A stretch of 64,000 nt of DNA from Mobula birostris. Lineage: Eukaryota. This document shows, piece by piece, positions 1-11,786 of the stretch (position 1 is the first letter of the stretch; each line of letters begins with the position of its first letter). The position numbers and the translations under genes are program-made. The notes below the pieces were generated by a model that saw only the letters and a program-made list of their open reading frames with translations, was not told where the DNA came from and did not search any database. The stretch lies in contig NC_092374.1 of the NCBI RefSeq assembly GCF_030028105.1, positions 156,636,432-156,700,431 of the forward strand, given 5' to 3'.

Positions 1-115
1 TGGTTATGGGGAGAAGGCAGGAGAATGGGGTTGAGAAGGATAATAAATCACCCATGATGGAATGGCAGAGCAACTTCGATGGGCCAAATGGCCTAATTCT
101 CCTCCTATGTCTAAT
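1..115 (+). mobile_element. CR1-type LINE 3' tail fragment
   Basis: GGTTATGGGGAGAAGGCAGGAGAATGGGG...GATGGGCCAAATGGCCTAATTCT matches the 3' UTRs that follow CR1 RT ORFs elsewhere in the window (~18630-18740, 41690-41810). Confidence 0.75.
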
Positions 116-259
116 TGCCCTCATGGATCATCTTCTGCTTTAACAGTAGATGGCAACAAAGTGCCAGGGACATGGTATACTCATAGCAGCATACAATTTC
201 AGGTGTATTGAATGCTCTGTAATTTTGCATTGATAAAGGTTTTTATTATTTGACATTTA

Positions 260-495
260 ATAACATAAGAAGCTACAGGGCGTAATGGACTCAGGCCAAT
301 GTATCGCAAGCACATCCCTCCCCACCATCAATAGAATCTACATGAGTCGCTGTCTCAAAAACACAACATCTATCATCCAAGATCTTCTCCATCTGGGCAA
401 ATGTGCCTTTTCACATCTATCATCAGGCATAATGAGCAAAAACCTGAAGTCCCACACTACCAGATTCTAGAACAACTTCTTCCTTTCAACCATTT
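260..495 (+). mobile_element. Degenerate Rex1/Babar-like LINE 3' relic
   Basis: Translates to ...SLPTINRIYMSRCLKNTTSIIQD...HTTRF, which resembles the ORF2 C-terminus of the Rex-type elements at 3832-4182 and ~58300-58560. Confidence 0.6.
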
Positions 496-1029
496 TGTTA
501 TGATGAAGTTAAGAATTTTATTTTGACAAAGGCTTGACGATAGAGAGCTTGGATTTATAAAGGTGTTCTGTTTTGAACATTTTTAAGGGATGAGAGGGAT
601 AATAAAAAAAGCCAGCCTCGATGGGCTGAATGGCCTAATTCTGCTATTATGCCTTACGGTATAGCAATACCACAACCATATTGATGCTGCTGAAAGTAAG
701 TTTTTCATTGCATCTCTGCATATATACAAAAATAAACTCAATTTTGACTTTGACATTTAAAAGTCCTCACATCTCTAGTTTGCCCCGAAGCATCTTGCAG
801 TCACTGACATACTGCTGGTATTTAATGGCAGTCAATATGCATACGGCAAATTTCCACAAGTGGCAAGTTACTAATGACAAGATTGTCTATTTCAAATAAT
901 GTTATCTAATTCAATATTGACAGGGTCACCTCTTTAAATTATTGCTATAGTTTTTTTACATTCACCTGACACATCAGATAGAATCTCATTTTAGCCTCCA
1001 GCAACATAGTATTGCGCAGGGTCATTGTT

Positions 1030-1480
1030 CTCAAGTCTGTAGCATTTGATTCTGTAAATACCCGTTACAACCAAACGTTCCACCTATTGAACTACAGGAA
1101 ACACCATACGTGGTTTTAAACAGCACAAGTTCAAAGAGGGCTAGAGCAAAGACACTGTGGCTAGAAACTAACTGTGATCCATACGTTTATCTTCAGATGC
1201 TTCCTAGCTAGTGTAACCCTGGCAACTCCTGCCAGTTGCACTGATCGATGGCAACATATGTGGAGTGAGAAACAGAGTATGTTTCATGTCTGTGATGATT
1301 CATTGGAAATAAATATCAACTACACATTGCATCTGGATGCGTCAGAGATAAGGAGGGTACTTTGGAGTCGAAGTTTCATTCTGAGTACACTTGCTGAAAT
1401 TGCTAGACTAGCTCTTGTTCAAATTCTGTTTGATGTATTTCCCCTCAAACTCATCTGCATATTGTCAGGTGCAAAATCTA
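1030..1480 (-). pseudogene. PKD1-like exon relic: distal GAIN / GPS
   Basis: HTLFLTPHML (1252-1281), KINVWITVSF*PQCL, then W-[N]-TFGC (frameshifted, 1067-1082) followed by VFTESNAT. This resembles the W-x-x-x-G-C start of the GPS motif. Confidence 0.5.
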
Positions 1481-1993
1481 CCTTAAACAGTGCTATTGGA
1501 CAGCTTTAAAATATGACTTGTTTAACAAAGGCAGGCTCTGAAGTGTCAGTTCAGAAACAAGGATATTTTGCTTGAAGCAATCTGTCTTGATACTGTTAGG
1601 ATGTGTAAGATTCAAGACTATTAATAATGTTGAATTAGACTGATCCATTTTTAATCAGAGCCATGAGAAAACTAATTTTAAATTACTCAGAATGTTATTG
1701 GAAATACTCATCCATCTACTAACTATATTGAGTCAACACTGCTGTAAAATTAATAGTATACGCTCAAAATCTTCTAGAATGCACTCGCTCCAAAATAAAC
1801 ACATATAATTTTTAATATGTAATTGTAGGACTCCAAATTGATATAGTTAGCAGAAACTACCAATGATGATTTCTTCAGAGAGGTTTTAATCATTTTGGAG
1901 ATGAGTCTAACTCTACTGCAATATTTTTTATAGACAAATGCAAAATATCTTGGAGTTGCAATATGTGCTGGAAATAATTTAACTTTTTTTTGA

Positions 1994-2320
1994 TCAGTTG
2001 CACAAGTTATGTTGACAACAGTTACATTGGATTAAAATTCTAGAGCAGATGAGTGGAAATGTTTGGTTACTATGGGATTTTATACTGTCAGTTATGGTTA
2101 AATTGTCAGCATATTTAGCTGTGGGGTTTAATCCCCAAGCAAAGGTCTGAGCACAGAAGTTTAGGCTGAAACCCCCAGTAAAGTGCTTAGGGAAATCCTT
2201 AGGATGAGACAGTCTTTGAGGTGAGTCACTAGAATGGTCCCATCCACGCTCCACTGCACTATTTTGAAGGACAGCAGCAAAGTATCCTCTGTGATCCTGC
2301 CAATACTTGTCTGTCAATAT
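1994..2320 (-). pseudogene. PKD1-like exon relic: GAIN region
   Basis: ORF 1994..2317 contains AQTFAWGLNPTAKYADNLTITDSI, similar to the NP...N-x-T-[VI] segment of the polycystin-1-family GAIN domain. Confidence 0.5.
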
Positions 2321-3689
2321 TTACAAGAAATAAGTGTAGCTGTTAGCTGTTAGTGGCATCAATTATATGAAAATCAACAGTGTATTTTCTATTTTACAAC
2401 AATGTCCATGTTTAATATCACTTACTGGTGTAAAGCACTTTAAGGCATCTGGTGAACAATAAATATGCTGGCAAATGAAAATTTACTTGTGTTATCTAAG
2501 CTATGTGTGTAATGTAGTGGTGATGCAGCATGTAAACTGGCCTTTCGGCCCATCTTATCAATGCCAACCATCAAGAAACAATCTATATTAATCCATTTGC
2601 GAGCAATTGGCCCTTTGATGCCTTTAAATTCAAGTGCTCATCTATTAGTGTTGGTATTGGTATTGGTTCATTATTGCTAAGTGCATCGAGATACAGTGAA
2701 AATAATATCTTGCATGCTGTTCATGCTGATCAAATCAATGCGCAGTGCATTATGGTTGAGCAACAGAAAACAATAACAATGCAGAGTAAAGTATAGCAGC
2801 TACAGAGAGTGCAGTATGGGTAAAAGATAAAGGTTTAGGTACTTCTTAAATGTTGTGAGAATCTCCACCTCAGGGATCGCATTCCAAGTTTCAACCACTC
2901 CCTGGGTGAAAAGATATTTCCTCAAATCCACTCCAATCTTCCTACCCCTTACCTTAAACCAATGGTTTCATGTTCTGAGGCAGCTCTGGTCTGGGGAATG
3001 TTTTCAGTTTCTTACTATCTACCCTATCTAAACTCATCATAATTTTGTTCATCTGAATCTGGTCCCGCTCTCCGTCTGAAATTACCAAAGGAATTAGGGA
3101 GGAATGATTAAAGTCCAGAAAAGGTAAGTTGAAGTGCTAAAGATCTGAAATTTTAGCAATTAACATTGAAATTAGCATCTCTCGCACTCACTCACACCTA
3201 CCAGAGGAAGGTGTCTATGTTTGATCTGTCTCTCTCCATCTCTCGGTGCTGCTGGAGGATGGCACTGGAGTATTGGGTCTAGGACAAGGTTTAATCCACG
3301 TGGTTTGTGGATTGGACTCTGTAGTTCATTTTATGGTCTTTTCTGGTTTCCAGCTGCTCTCGTTTTTTTGCTATTTTGTGCGGTTTTGATTGGGGAAGAC
3401 TGGTTCTGCGGTCTGCAGTCAATGAACAACACAGCACTAGACTGCACTGAGCTGGGCTGAGCTGAACATTTCTGGACTGTTTCAATGACTTTTGTTGTTT
3501 GATATTTTATATTCTGTACCTTTCGCTCAATTGTTGCAGTTTGCATGATTTGTTCCTTTTTTGCGCTTTGGGGTTTGATTTTTTTTTTCTTTGAACGGGT
3601 TCCACGGTTTCGTGACTGTCTGTGGGAAGAAGAATCTCAGGGTTGTATACTGCATACGTACTTTGATAATTGAATTGGATTGAGTTGAC

Positions 3690-4853
3690 TTTATTTCTTA
3701 CATCCTTTACATACATGAGGAGTAAAAATCTTTATGTTACATCTCCATCTAAATGTGGCATGTGCAGTCATAGTAATTTATACTACTTTATAATAAATAG
3801 AACAGTCAATATAATATAGAGTACACCCAGATCAGTGTGAGTTCATCAGTCTGATGGCCTGGTGGAAGAAGCTGTCCTGGAGCCTGTTGGTCCTGGCTTT
3901 TATGCTGCGGTACCACTTCCCGGATGGTAGCAGCTGGAATCGACTGTGGTTGGGATGACTTGGGGCCCCAATGATCCTACAGGCCCTTTTTACACACCTG
4001 ACTTTGTAAGTGCCCTGGACAGTGGGAAGTTCACAATGACAGATGTGCTGGGCTGTCCGCACCACTCTCTGCAGAATCCTGTGATTAAGGGAGGTACAGT
4101 TCCCATACCAGGCAGTGATGCAGCCAGTCAGGATGCTCTCAATTGTGCCCCTGTAGAAAGTTCTTAGAGTTTGGGGGTCCATACCAAACTTCTGAGCTGG
4201 AAGAGGTGCTGTTGTGCCTTTTTCACCACACAGCTAGTGTGTACAGACCACGTGAGGTCCTCGATGATGTGGATGCCGAGGAACTTGAAGCTGTTTACCT
4301 TCTCAACCCCAGATCCATAGATGTCAACAGGGTTAGCCCATCTCCATTCCTCCTGAAATCCACAACCAACTCCTTTGTTTTTGTGACATTGAGGGAGAGG
4401 TTGTTTTCTTGACACCACTGTGTTGGAGAGATGACTTCCTTCCCTGTAGGCCACCTCATTATTGTTTGTGATTAGGCCAATCAATGTAGTGTTGTTGGCA
4501 AATTAAATTAGCAGATTGGAGCTGTGGGTGGCAATACAGTCATGGGTATACAGGGAATAAAGGAGGGGACTCAGTATGCAGCCCTGAGGGGCTCCTGTAT
4601 TGACAGTCAGAGGGGTGAAGGTGAAGGAGCCCATTCTTACAACCTGCCGGCAATCTGACAGGAAGTTCAGGATCCAGCTGCACAAGGCAGATTCAAGGCC
4701 GAGGTCTCTGAGCTTCTTGTTCAGCCTGGATGGAATTATGGTGTTGAATGCTGAACTGTAGTCCAAGAACACCATTCTCTCATAAGTATCCTTCTTCTCC
4801 AGATGTGTAAGGATGGTCTGTTGATCAGTTGTGTCAGTAGGCGAATTGTAGGG
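3690..4853 (-). mobile_element. Rex1/Babar-clade LINE, 5'-truncated RT/3' end; continues at 7376-7460 after the hAT insertion
   Basis: ORFs with [40 protein letters not shown] and TFYRGTIESILTGCITAWYG; frameshifted. Confidence 0.9.
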
Positions 4854-5309
4854 TAGTGGTTGCCAACCTTTTTAAGCCCAAGATCCCCTACCTCAGCCTT
4901 AGTGAAAAGCAAGATCTACCCACTAAATCGTTTAGAGAAAAAACAACTCAGATTGTACTTCCAACTTGAGGCCTTTTATTTTGGCTAATTGTATTTGAAT
5001 TACATAAAACGCTTTCGTCAAACTTTCAAATTAATTCAACCAAGAAAACACTGTAACTAGCATATCAAACAGGCCATAGCTGTCTTTCTTTAAGAAAATT
5101 ACTACACTTCATACCTTTTGTAATAACTTCTACTTTGAAAAAGGACCACTCGACCAAAGGAACAACTTTATCTGGGACAGCAAAACCAATGCAGCGAAGG
5201 GGCTTATACACACATGCGCAGAAAAGACCGGAAGCAAAACCCCGCAACCCCGGAAACAACCTCTGTTTTCAAACAGCTTTCCATAGCGGGAGTATTGCTA
5301 TATTACCTT

Positions 5310-5985
5310 TATTAGATTAGATTATGAGGACACGCAGTCCTCTTTTATTGTCATTTAGTAATGCATGCATTAAGAAATGATACAATGTTTCTCCAGTATG
5401 ATATCACAGAAACAAAGACAGACCAAGCCCGAAAAACTGACAAAAACCACATAATTATAACATATAGTTACAACAGTGCAAAGCAATACCATAATTTGTT
5501 AATGAACAGACCATGGGCACGGTAAAAAAAAGTCTCAAAGTCTCTCGAAAGTCCCATCATCTCACAGAGACGGTAGAAGGAAGAAAACTCTCCCTGCCAT
5601 GAACCTCCAGTGCCACAAACTTGCCGATGCAGCACCCTGGAAGCACCCGACCACAGCCGACTTTTGAGTCCATCCGAAAACTTTGAGCCTCTGACACCGA
5701 GCACCGAGCACCATCTCTGCCGAGTGCCTCGACCCCGGTCCCAGCAACAGGCAATAGGCAAAGCCGAGGATTTGGGACCTTCCCATCCAGAGATTCTCAA
5801 TCGCACAGTAGCAGCAGCAGCGAAGCGGGCATTTCAGAAGTTTCTCCAGATGTTCCTCTGTGCTTGTCACTTCTGTCTCCATCAAATCAGGATTGTGCAC
5901 GGCCCCTACTTAACAAATACAGATATCATTTCGGAGTGGCTGCGCACGCTGCGTCGCGCCGCCATCTTCTGCTCCTCCTCCTCAT
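5310..5985 (-). mobile_element. Short LINE-derived non-autonomous retroposon inserted in an LTR fragment
   Basis: The minus strand starts GGAGGAGCAGAAGATGGCGGCG and ends in a (TCTAA)n tail (plus strand TTAGATTAGATT at ~5312). It interrupts sequence that is contiguous in the 7140-7290 copy. Confidence 0.55.
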
Positions 5986-6307
5986 TGGTATTCAATTAAT
6001 CCTGATTGGTATTACCTTATCTTTATAATGCTCACATTACAACACTTCTCCCCCTTTAAATTCCAAAATTTCCCAAATGTAAAAGAACTGGGAAACCAAA
6101 AAACAGTGGTGTCATTATCTTGCGTACCTCTGAAACTTATACTAGTGTCTCAGTAACAGTTTACCAATACAAAACGTGGCAGATTCAACATTCAGTCTAA
6201 CAAAGGAAACGGTCCATTCAAATATTCAGTCTTTCAGGAGGTTTGCGAGGGTGCTGTGCTGCAACAGATGAAAATTATGAAATCTAATACAGGAGCTTTC
6301 TTACTGA

Positions 6308-6850
6308 TGGCGTTGCCAACTTTCTCACTCCCAAATAAGGGACTAAAGTAGCAGTCAAATACGGGACACTTGTGTTTACCCCAAGAAAGACTACCATGAC
6401 CATGAAGCCTTGCGTGGGCACCTGTGTGCGCATGCATGACGTGCGCATGCAGTACATGCCGATTTTTTTCTACAAATCTGTTTTGGCTTAATCTTCCGGA
6501 TTCTGTTAAGTGAAACTACACTGTACATGCATTATTTCTACTTTATATAGGCTGTGTATTTATCATATCATTCCTGCTTTTACTATATGTTCGTGTTATT
6601 TTAGGTTTTATGTGTTATTTGGTATGATTTGGTAGGTTATTTTTTGGGTCTGGTAACGCTCAAAAATTTTTCCCATATAAATAAATGATAATTGCTTCTT
6701 CGCTTTACGCCATTTCGGCTTATGAACGGTTTCACCGGAATGCTCTACCTTAGTGGGGGAAATACGGGACGAGAGCTGTCCCATATGGACATACCAATTT
6801 AGCCCAATATATGGGATGTCCCGGCTAATATGGGACAGTTGGCAACCCTA
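6308..6850. mobile_element. Nested hAT MITE carrying a Tigger fragment
   Basis: Termini TGGCGTTGCCAAC / GTTGGCAACCCTA with an 8-bp TSD CTTACTGA (6300-6307, 6851-6858). Segment 6516-6760 is highly similar to 31446-31680. Confidence 0.85.
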
Positions 6851-7032
6851 CTTACTGACGGACACCTCACAGACTGTCTCAAACTGGCTGTCTGTAGTTA
6901 TGAGCCAAATTTCAGGGAACTAGCAGAAAGTATTCATACCCAGTAATCACACTGAGTGCAACAGTCAATTTTTATTCATTTATTTTTCATGTTGAAATAA
7001 AATTAAATAATGAAACATAGAATTAAAGGTTT

Positions 7033-7290
7033 TGTAATGTGAGCATTATAAAAATAAGTAATACTAATTATGATAGTATTTCTGGGTTGTGGGGTTTTAC
7101 TTCCAGTCTTTTCTACCACGGTGCATGGTGTAGGAGCTACACACATGCGAACTGGGCAGAAAGAACGGAACTAAAACCCCCCAACCCAGAAACAATCTCT
7201 CTTTACAAAGAGCTTCCAGTAGCGTAAGTATTGCTATATTACAATTATCCTAATTAGTGTTACTTATTTTTATAATGTTCACATTACAAC
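7033..7290. repeat. Inverted pair of LTR-like fragments (fold-back)
   Basis: TGTAATGTGAGCATTATAAAAATAAGTAA...TTACTTATTTTTATAATGTTCACATTACA. The same LTR start occurs at ~6043 on the minus strand, preceded by a polypurine tract GGGGGAGAAG. Confidence 0.65.
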
Positions 7291-7524
7291 AGTATTTGTG
7301 TATTTATCTTTCTTTTTTTTGGAATCTACTGGGAAAGTCTCAAAAATCGACCAGTTGGCAACCACTATTGTAGGGGGTCCATTTTGGGTGGTAGCATGCT
7401 GCAGATGTAATCCTTGACCAGCCTCTCAAAGCATTTGCTTATTGTTGAGGTGAGTGTGACATAAGTGTACTTTGAATCGTTGATTTTTTTGAGTCCCAAA
7501 CACTGTAATATGCCCGCTTAGAAA

Positions 7525-7957
7525 ATGTGCCTGCTTAGAAAATTTGCTGATGACACTGAACTGAGTGGAAAAGCAAGTTGTACAGAGGATGTGGAGAGTC
7601 TGCAGAGGGATATAGATAGGTTAAGTGAGTGGGCCAAGGTCTGGCAGATGGAATGCAACGTTGGTAAATGCAAGATCATCCACTTTGGAAAGAATAATAG
7701 AAGAGCGGATTATTATTTAAATAGTGAAAGATTACAGCATGCTGTTATGCAGAGGGGCTTGGGAGTGCTTGTTCACGAATAAAAAGTTGGCTTGCAGGTA
7801 CAACAGGTTATTAAGAAGGCAAGCGGAATGTTGGCCTTCATTTCTAGAGGGATTGATTTCAAGAGCAGGGAGGTCATGCTGCAACTATACAGGGTACTGG
7901 TGAGGCCGCACCTGGAGTACTGTCTGCAGTTCTGGTCTCCGTACTTGAGGAAGGATG
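7525..7957 (+). mobile_element. CR1 LINE RT fragment
   Basis: KFADDTELSG...LQRDIDRLSEWAKVWQM and LYRVLVRPHLEYCLQFWSPY. Confidence 0.9.
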
Positions 7958-8180
7958 GGGGGGTGGGTGAGGTCTGGGCCTGATGTCCCGCTCACCCAGG
8001 GAAAGTGAACGCGTACTACATTGCAGTGTAGTGATCGCCACGTGGTCACTATCTGGCCTACTATGCAGGAGGCCACTGCAAATGGCCTCTCCTACATTAC
8101 TGTGTCCATAGCAACACCTTCTCGCCGGTGCCCCCCGTTTCCACTGACCTTGCTACGTCATGGCATGACCGAGTGTCTGG
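7958..8180 (+). ncRNA. Candidate HDV-like self-cleaving ribozyme at the RTE 5' end
   Basis: P1 GGGGGGU (7958-7964) pairs with GCCCCCC (8130-8136). P3 is ACC/GGU (8116-8118, 8127-8129), L3 is UUCUCGCC, and G8137 is available for P1.1. CNRA occurs at 8144 or 8169; P2 is imperfect. Confidence 0.55.
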
Positions 8181-9105
8181 CGGTATAACTGGATGGGTAG
8201 GCTGGGCTTGTTAGCCTTGGTTGGCAGCCAGCCTGAGAGAAGGACAACTCTGACTCCAAACCCGGGCAGGTGGGGCTCGGTAGCCTTGTCACTCCTATGA
8301 CCCAAGGACATCGCTGTTACCGTCCCAGCTTGCTAGGCTATGGCAGATGATCCCTGGGTGTAAAGGGTGGGGCCAGTACCGTGCACATTGTACTCCACCT
8401 AAAATACCATTGCGCAGGCCGAAGGACATGCCCACGTCAACGACCATCCTCCCCAACCGTTCATCAAGCCCTGCAGCGATGGGAAAGGGGCGAAAACGGC
8501 AGGTGGAAGATGACGCTGGAAGCCGCAGTTCTGATCCTGCATGCAGGCGGTTCAGGTGTGTGGGTTGTCTGATGTTGACCCCGGAGACGAAGATATCATT
8601 CGGCAGCACCCTGAACGACCAAACAGCCTTCTCTAGGGACAGCACTGCTTGCTCCACACAGAGAGGGGCCTAGGAAAGGTGGCCTAACTAAAGCCCGTTT
8701 CCATTTCCTCCAGTTGGCTAGCCGCAGTCAACTGGCATTCTCAAATCTGGTCGGACAACAACAAAAAAGAAAAGGTGCACACCTGCCTCACAAGGAGTGC
8801 AAGGACTAAAGCTCGCATGCTGGAACGTCAGAACCATGCTCGATTCAGCGGACAGTGGTCACCCAGAACGACACTCCGCTCTAGTTGCGCATGAACTTTC
8901 AAGACTGAATGTCGACATCGCTGCTCTCAGTGAAGTCCGCTTCCCAGAGGAAGGCAACCTTCAAGAACATGGCGCCGGCTACACTCTCTACTGGTCGGGC
9001 AAGCCAGAGACTGAGAGATACCTTTCTGACATTGGCTTTATGGTCAGGAACTCCATTGCCTCCAAGCTTGAAAAATTGCCAACGGGTCACTCCGACCGCA
9101 TCACC
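7958..9105 (+). mobile_element. RTE-clade LINE: 5' UTR plus start of the APE endonuclease, 3' part missing
   Basis: ORF 8797..9117 LKLACWNVRTML...ELSRLNVDIAALSEVRF...GAGYTLYWSGK is a typical RTE endonuclease N-terminus. The RTE-type UTR motif GTTGGCAGCCAGCCTGAGAGAAGGACAACTCTG lies at ~8220. Confidence 0.88.
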
Positions 9106-10359
9106 AAGTTAGAGTGAAAAGCTTTTGTTTTGCATGCCAGTCAGAAAGATCATGCCACACATAATTACACTGATGTACTAAGAAGAATACAGAATGCTGA
9201 AATGATGTTGCAGTTATAGAGAAAGGGCAGTCTAGGTAGACGAATAAAGTGCAAGGGCCACGATGAGGTAAATTGAGAGATCAAGTATTCGAGAGATCAT
9301 CATTCATCACAGGAATCGTTCAGTCAAGAATTTGATAGCAGCAGGATATAAGCTGCGCTGAAGTTTGGTGTTTTGTGCCCTCTCTTGGGGTATCTGCTTC
9401 TCATTTGGAGAGGGACGAAGGGAGATTGACCAGAGTGGGAGGGGTCCTTTACAGTGTTTGCTATATTCCCAAGGCGGAGAATAAAAATACTTCAGAAATA
9501 CCGTATTCTTTATTTATTATTTAAAAATATTGGAGTGGGAATGACATAGACAATTAATGTAGTGGTTGATTTGAAGTTCAGATCATTCTTGTGCACTGAA
9601 TAGAAATCTTCTGTGATACTATCATCCATCCAGCACATGTCCTCCCTGTTGTAGAGAGGACCACATCATGAGCACTGAATAGGAACACTAACACGAAAGG
9701 AATATAGGTAACTGCTGTTTCACCTGAAAGAAAAGTTGGGGCCCAAATCATGGTAAAAGGGCAACCATGCAGCTCTTGCAGTTGGGTGTGAACATGTCCT
9801 GGGATAGCGAGTAGGTGTGAATTCTTGGGTACAGAATTTTTGGTTCAGTTTGTCAGGGTGAAAGGGAAAGAGGGGGGAAGAAGTGTCCGGTAGTGACAAC
9901 ATGGTGGAGATGTCGGAAATTTCAGGATCCATTAAACAGGGAGTCTGGTGAAGTGAGAAGTACGATGGGGTGGACCTGTCTAGTTCTGACAGTGGATCAC
10001 AGAAGAAGAAAGGGAGAGGCCAGAAGTGTCTGCTCCATTTCCTGCACTGATATATGAACACTGACTTCACAAATTCAGCTTAATCATGGTTTCCAGGTAT
10101 GTTTGCTCATTGAATTAAACACCCCAGCATTCAGCACTGTCAGTCCTGTGGTTTCTAGAGAAGCCTCCCAATGCTGCTTTGTTTCCGTGTGAGCTGTGGA
10201 ATGCCAACTAAGGAGGAATTGACTTTTATGCTCTAACACAATTATTTATGCGGGTTGTAGGAATTGAGGTACTGAAACATCGTGCTTTAAACACATGCAT
10301 GTGTATGTGAGAGTAAGTGTTTAATATTCTATATAAAGGACAGAAATTCTTTTAGGTTG

Positions 10360-10640
10360 TTCTGACCACCACATTTGAATTCAACATATATCTCCCTACA
10401 TATATTTCAATATCTTTTTGTGAAGTTTCTTGCTGCATTGGCTGTAGTGCAATTTTAATATGGTTTCTGCACATTCATGCTGGGGGCAATTCTCTCAGCT
10501 GCTTTATGTTCAGCACAGAAGGAAATCCACGGTGCTGAGCTGTTTTGCAGACTACCACATCAAAGAGATAAATAAATCCAACCTATTCTGTGCTGGACAC
10601 CAATGTCTGCATGGCTCGCAAATCCACCAGCCTGACAAAA
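10360..10640 (-). pseudogene. PKD1-like exon relic: distal REJ
   Basis: TE*VGFIYLFDVVVCKTAQHRGFPSVLNIKQLRELPPA* (GFIYLFDVVV at 10550-10579), then EIYVEFKCGG (10365-10385). This parallels PKD1 GEGYTFTLTV...G.ASI...RPP...KVHFECTG. Confidence 0.6.
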
Positions 10641-10849
10641 TAATCTAGGACTGATAAAAATGACCGTCAAATTAGTCCCATTGTAAGGGAGAGGAGGGGA
10701 AATTGGTATGGGTTATTATTGGCACATGTACCGAGACACAGTGAAAAATGTAGGCCGTTTCAAAATATAAGTACTTTGAGGCCGCACATGGGAAAAGCAA
10801 TAACAGAAAGTAGAAGGGCAGCACAGTATGGCACAGTATGGCACAGTGC

Positions 10850-11130
10850 ATCACTTTAGAGCAGCAGCTTTCTCCGATCAGGGTTTAAATTCCCGTCGCT
10901 GCCTGTAAAGAGTTTGCACATTTTCTCTGTGACCGCGTGAATTTCCTTCGGGTGCTCCAGTTTCCCCCCACAGTGCAAGTATGTACAGTTAGGACTAGTG
11001 AGCTGAGGGCATGCTAGTTGGCACTAGAGGTGTGGCAACACTTGCACATCCTTGCGGACTTGATTCAGCACGAGCGACAGATTTCACTGTCTGTTCCGAA
11101 GTACATGTGACAAGCAAAGCTAATCTTTAA
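10850..11130 (+). mobile_element. tRNA-derived SINE (HE1-like)
   Basis: GGGTTTAAATTCCCG B-box-like motif, conserved core GGGTGCTCCAGTTTCCCCCCACA, and tail GTACATGTGACAAGCAAAGCTAATCTT. Related copies at ~18825-19070 (+), 19840-20140 (-), 28117-28425 (+). Confidence 0.7.
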
Positions 11131-11478
11131 TATAGTGTGACAATTAGTTACAAGTAGAAGACAGTGCAGATAGACGTACAAGAGGTCTGTTCAAAAGTCT
11201 TGTAACAATGGAATAGAAGCTGTCCTTGAACCTGGTGGATGTGGTGAATAGGAGTGAGAATGGAGGTAGCATGCAGTTCATGAAACCAAAACTCAGATAA
11301 CTAAGGGGTAAATGTCAAGCAGCAAAAAGAACAGAAACTAGGAAAAGCTACACATATTAGGGAAGGGTCTTGTCCTGAAAGGTTGATGCTAACTACTTTG
11401 GCACAGATATTGACCGGTGTGCTGTATACTCCAAGCATTCTATGCTCTTACATATTTAGTTTAACTTAAAGATACGGT

Positions 11479-11786
11479 GTGGGCAGGTGGCCAAGTGGTT
11501 AAGGCATTGGACTAGTGACCTGAAGGTCGTGAGTTCGAGCCCCAGCCAAGGGAATGCGTTGTGTCCTTGAGCAAGGCACTTAATCATACATTGCTCTGCA
11601 ACGACACTGGTGCCAAGCTGCATGGGTCCTAATGCCCTTCCCTTGGACAACATTGGTGTCGTGGAGAGGGGAGACTTGCAGCATGGGCAACTGCTGGTCT
11701 TCCATACAACCTTGCCCAGGCCTGCACCCTGGAGAGTGAAGGCTTTCCAGGCACAGATCCATGGTCTCGCAAGACTATCGGATGTC
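11479..11786 (+). mobile_element. tRNA-headed SINE with RTE-type body
   Basis: A box TGGCCAAGTGG and B box GTTCGAGCC, followed by GTGTCCTTGAGCAAGGCACTTAA; no tRNA 3' acceptor arm. Confidence 0.75.

Larger units (their letters stand above)
4854..7367. mobile_element. Non-autonomous composite hAT-type DNA transposon
   Basis: 14-bp TIRs TAGTGGTTGCCAAC / GTTGGCAACCACTA and an 8-bp TSD TTGTAGGG (4846-4853, 7368-7375). It splits the Rex LINE. Confidence 0.88.

Noticed and set aside
7975-8010. Hammerhead-like CTGATG...GAAA in the RTE 5' UTR
   Set aside because: The core reads CUGAUGU rather than CUGANGA, and there is no stem I/III; the region pairs better as a hairpin within the HDV-like J1/2.
11479-11550. 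tRNA gene
   Set aside because: A and B boxes are present, but the sequence runs into a SINE body with no proper acceptor stem or terminator.
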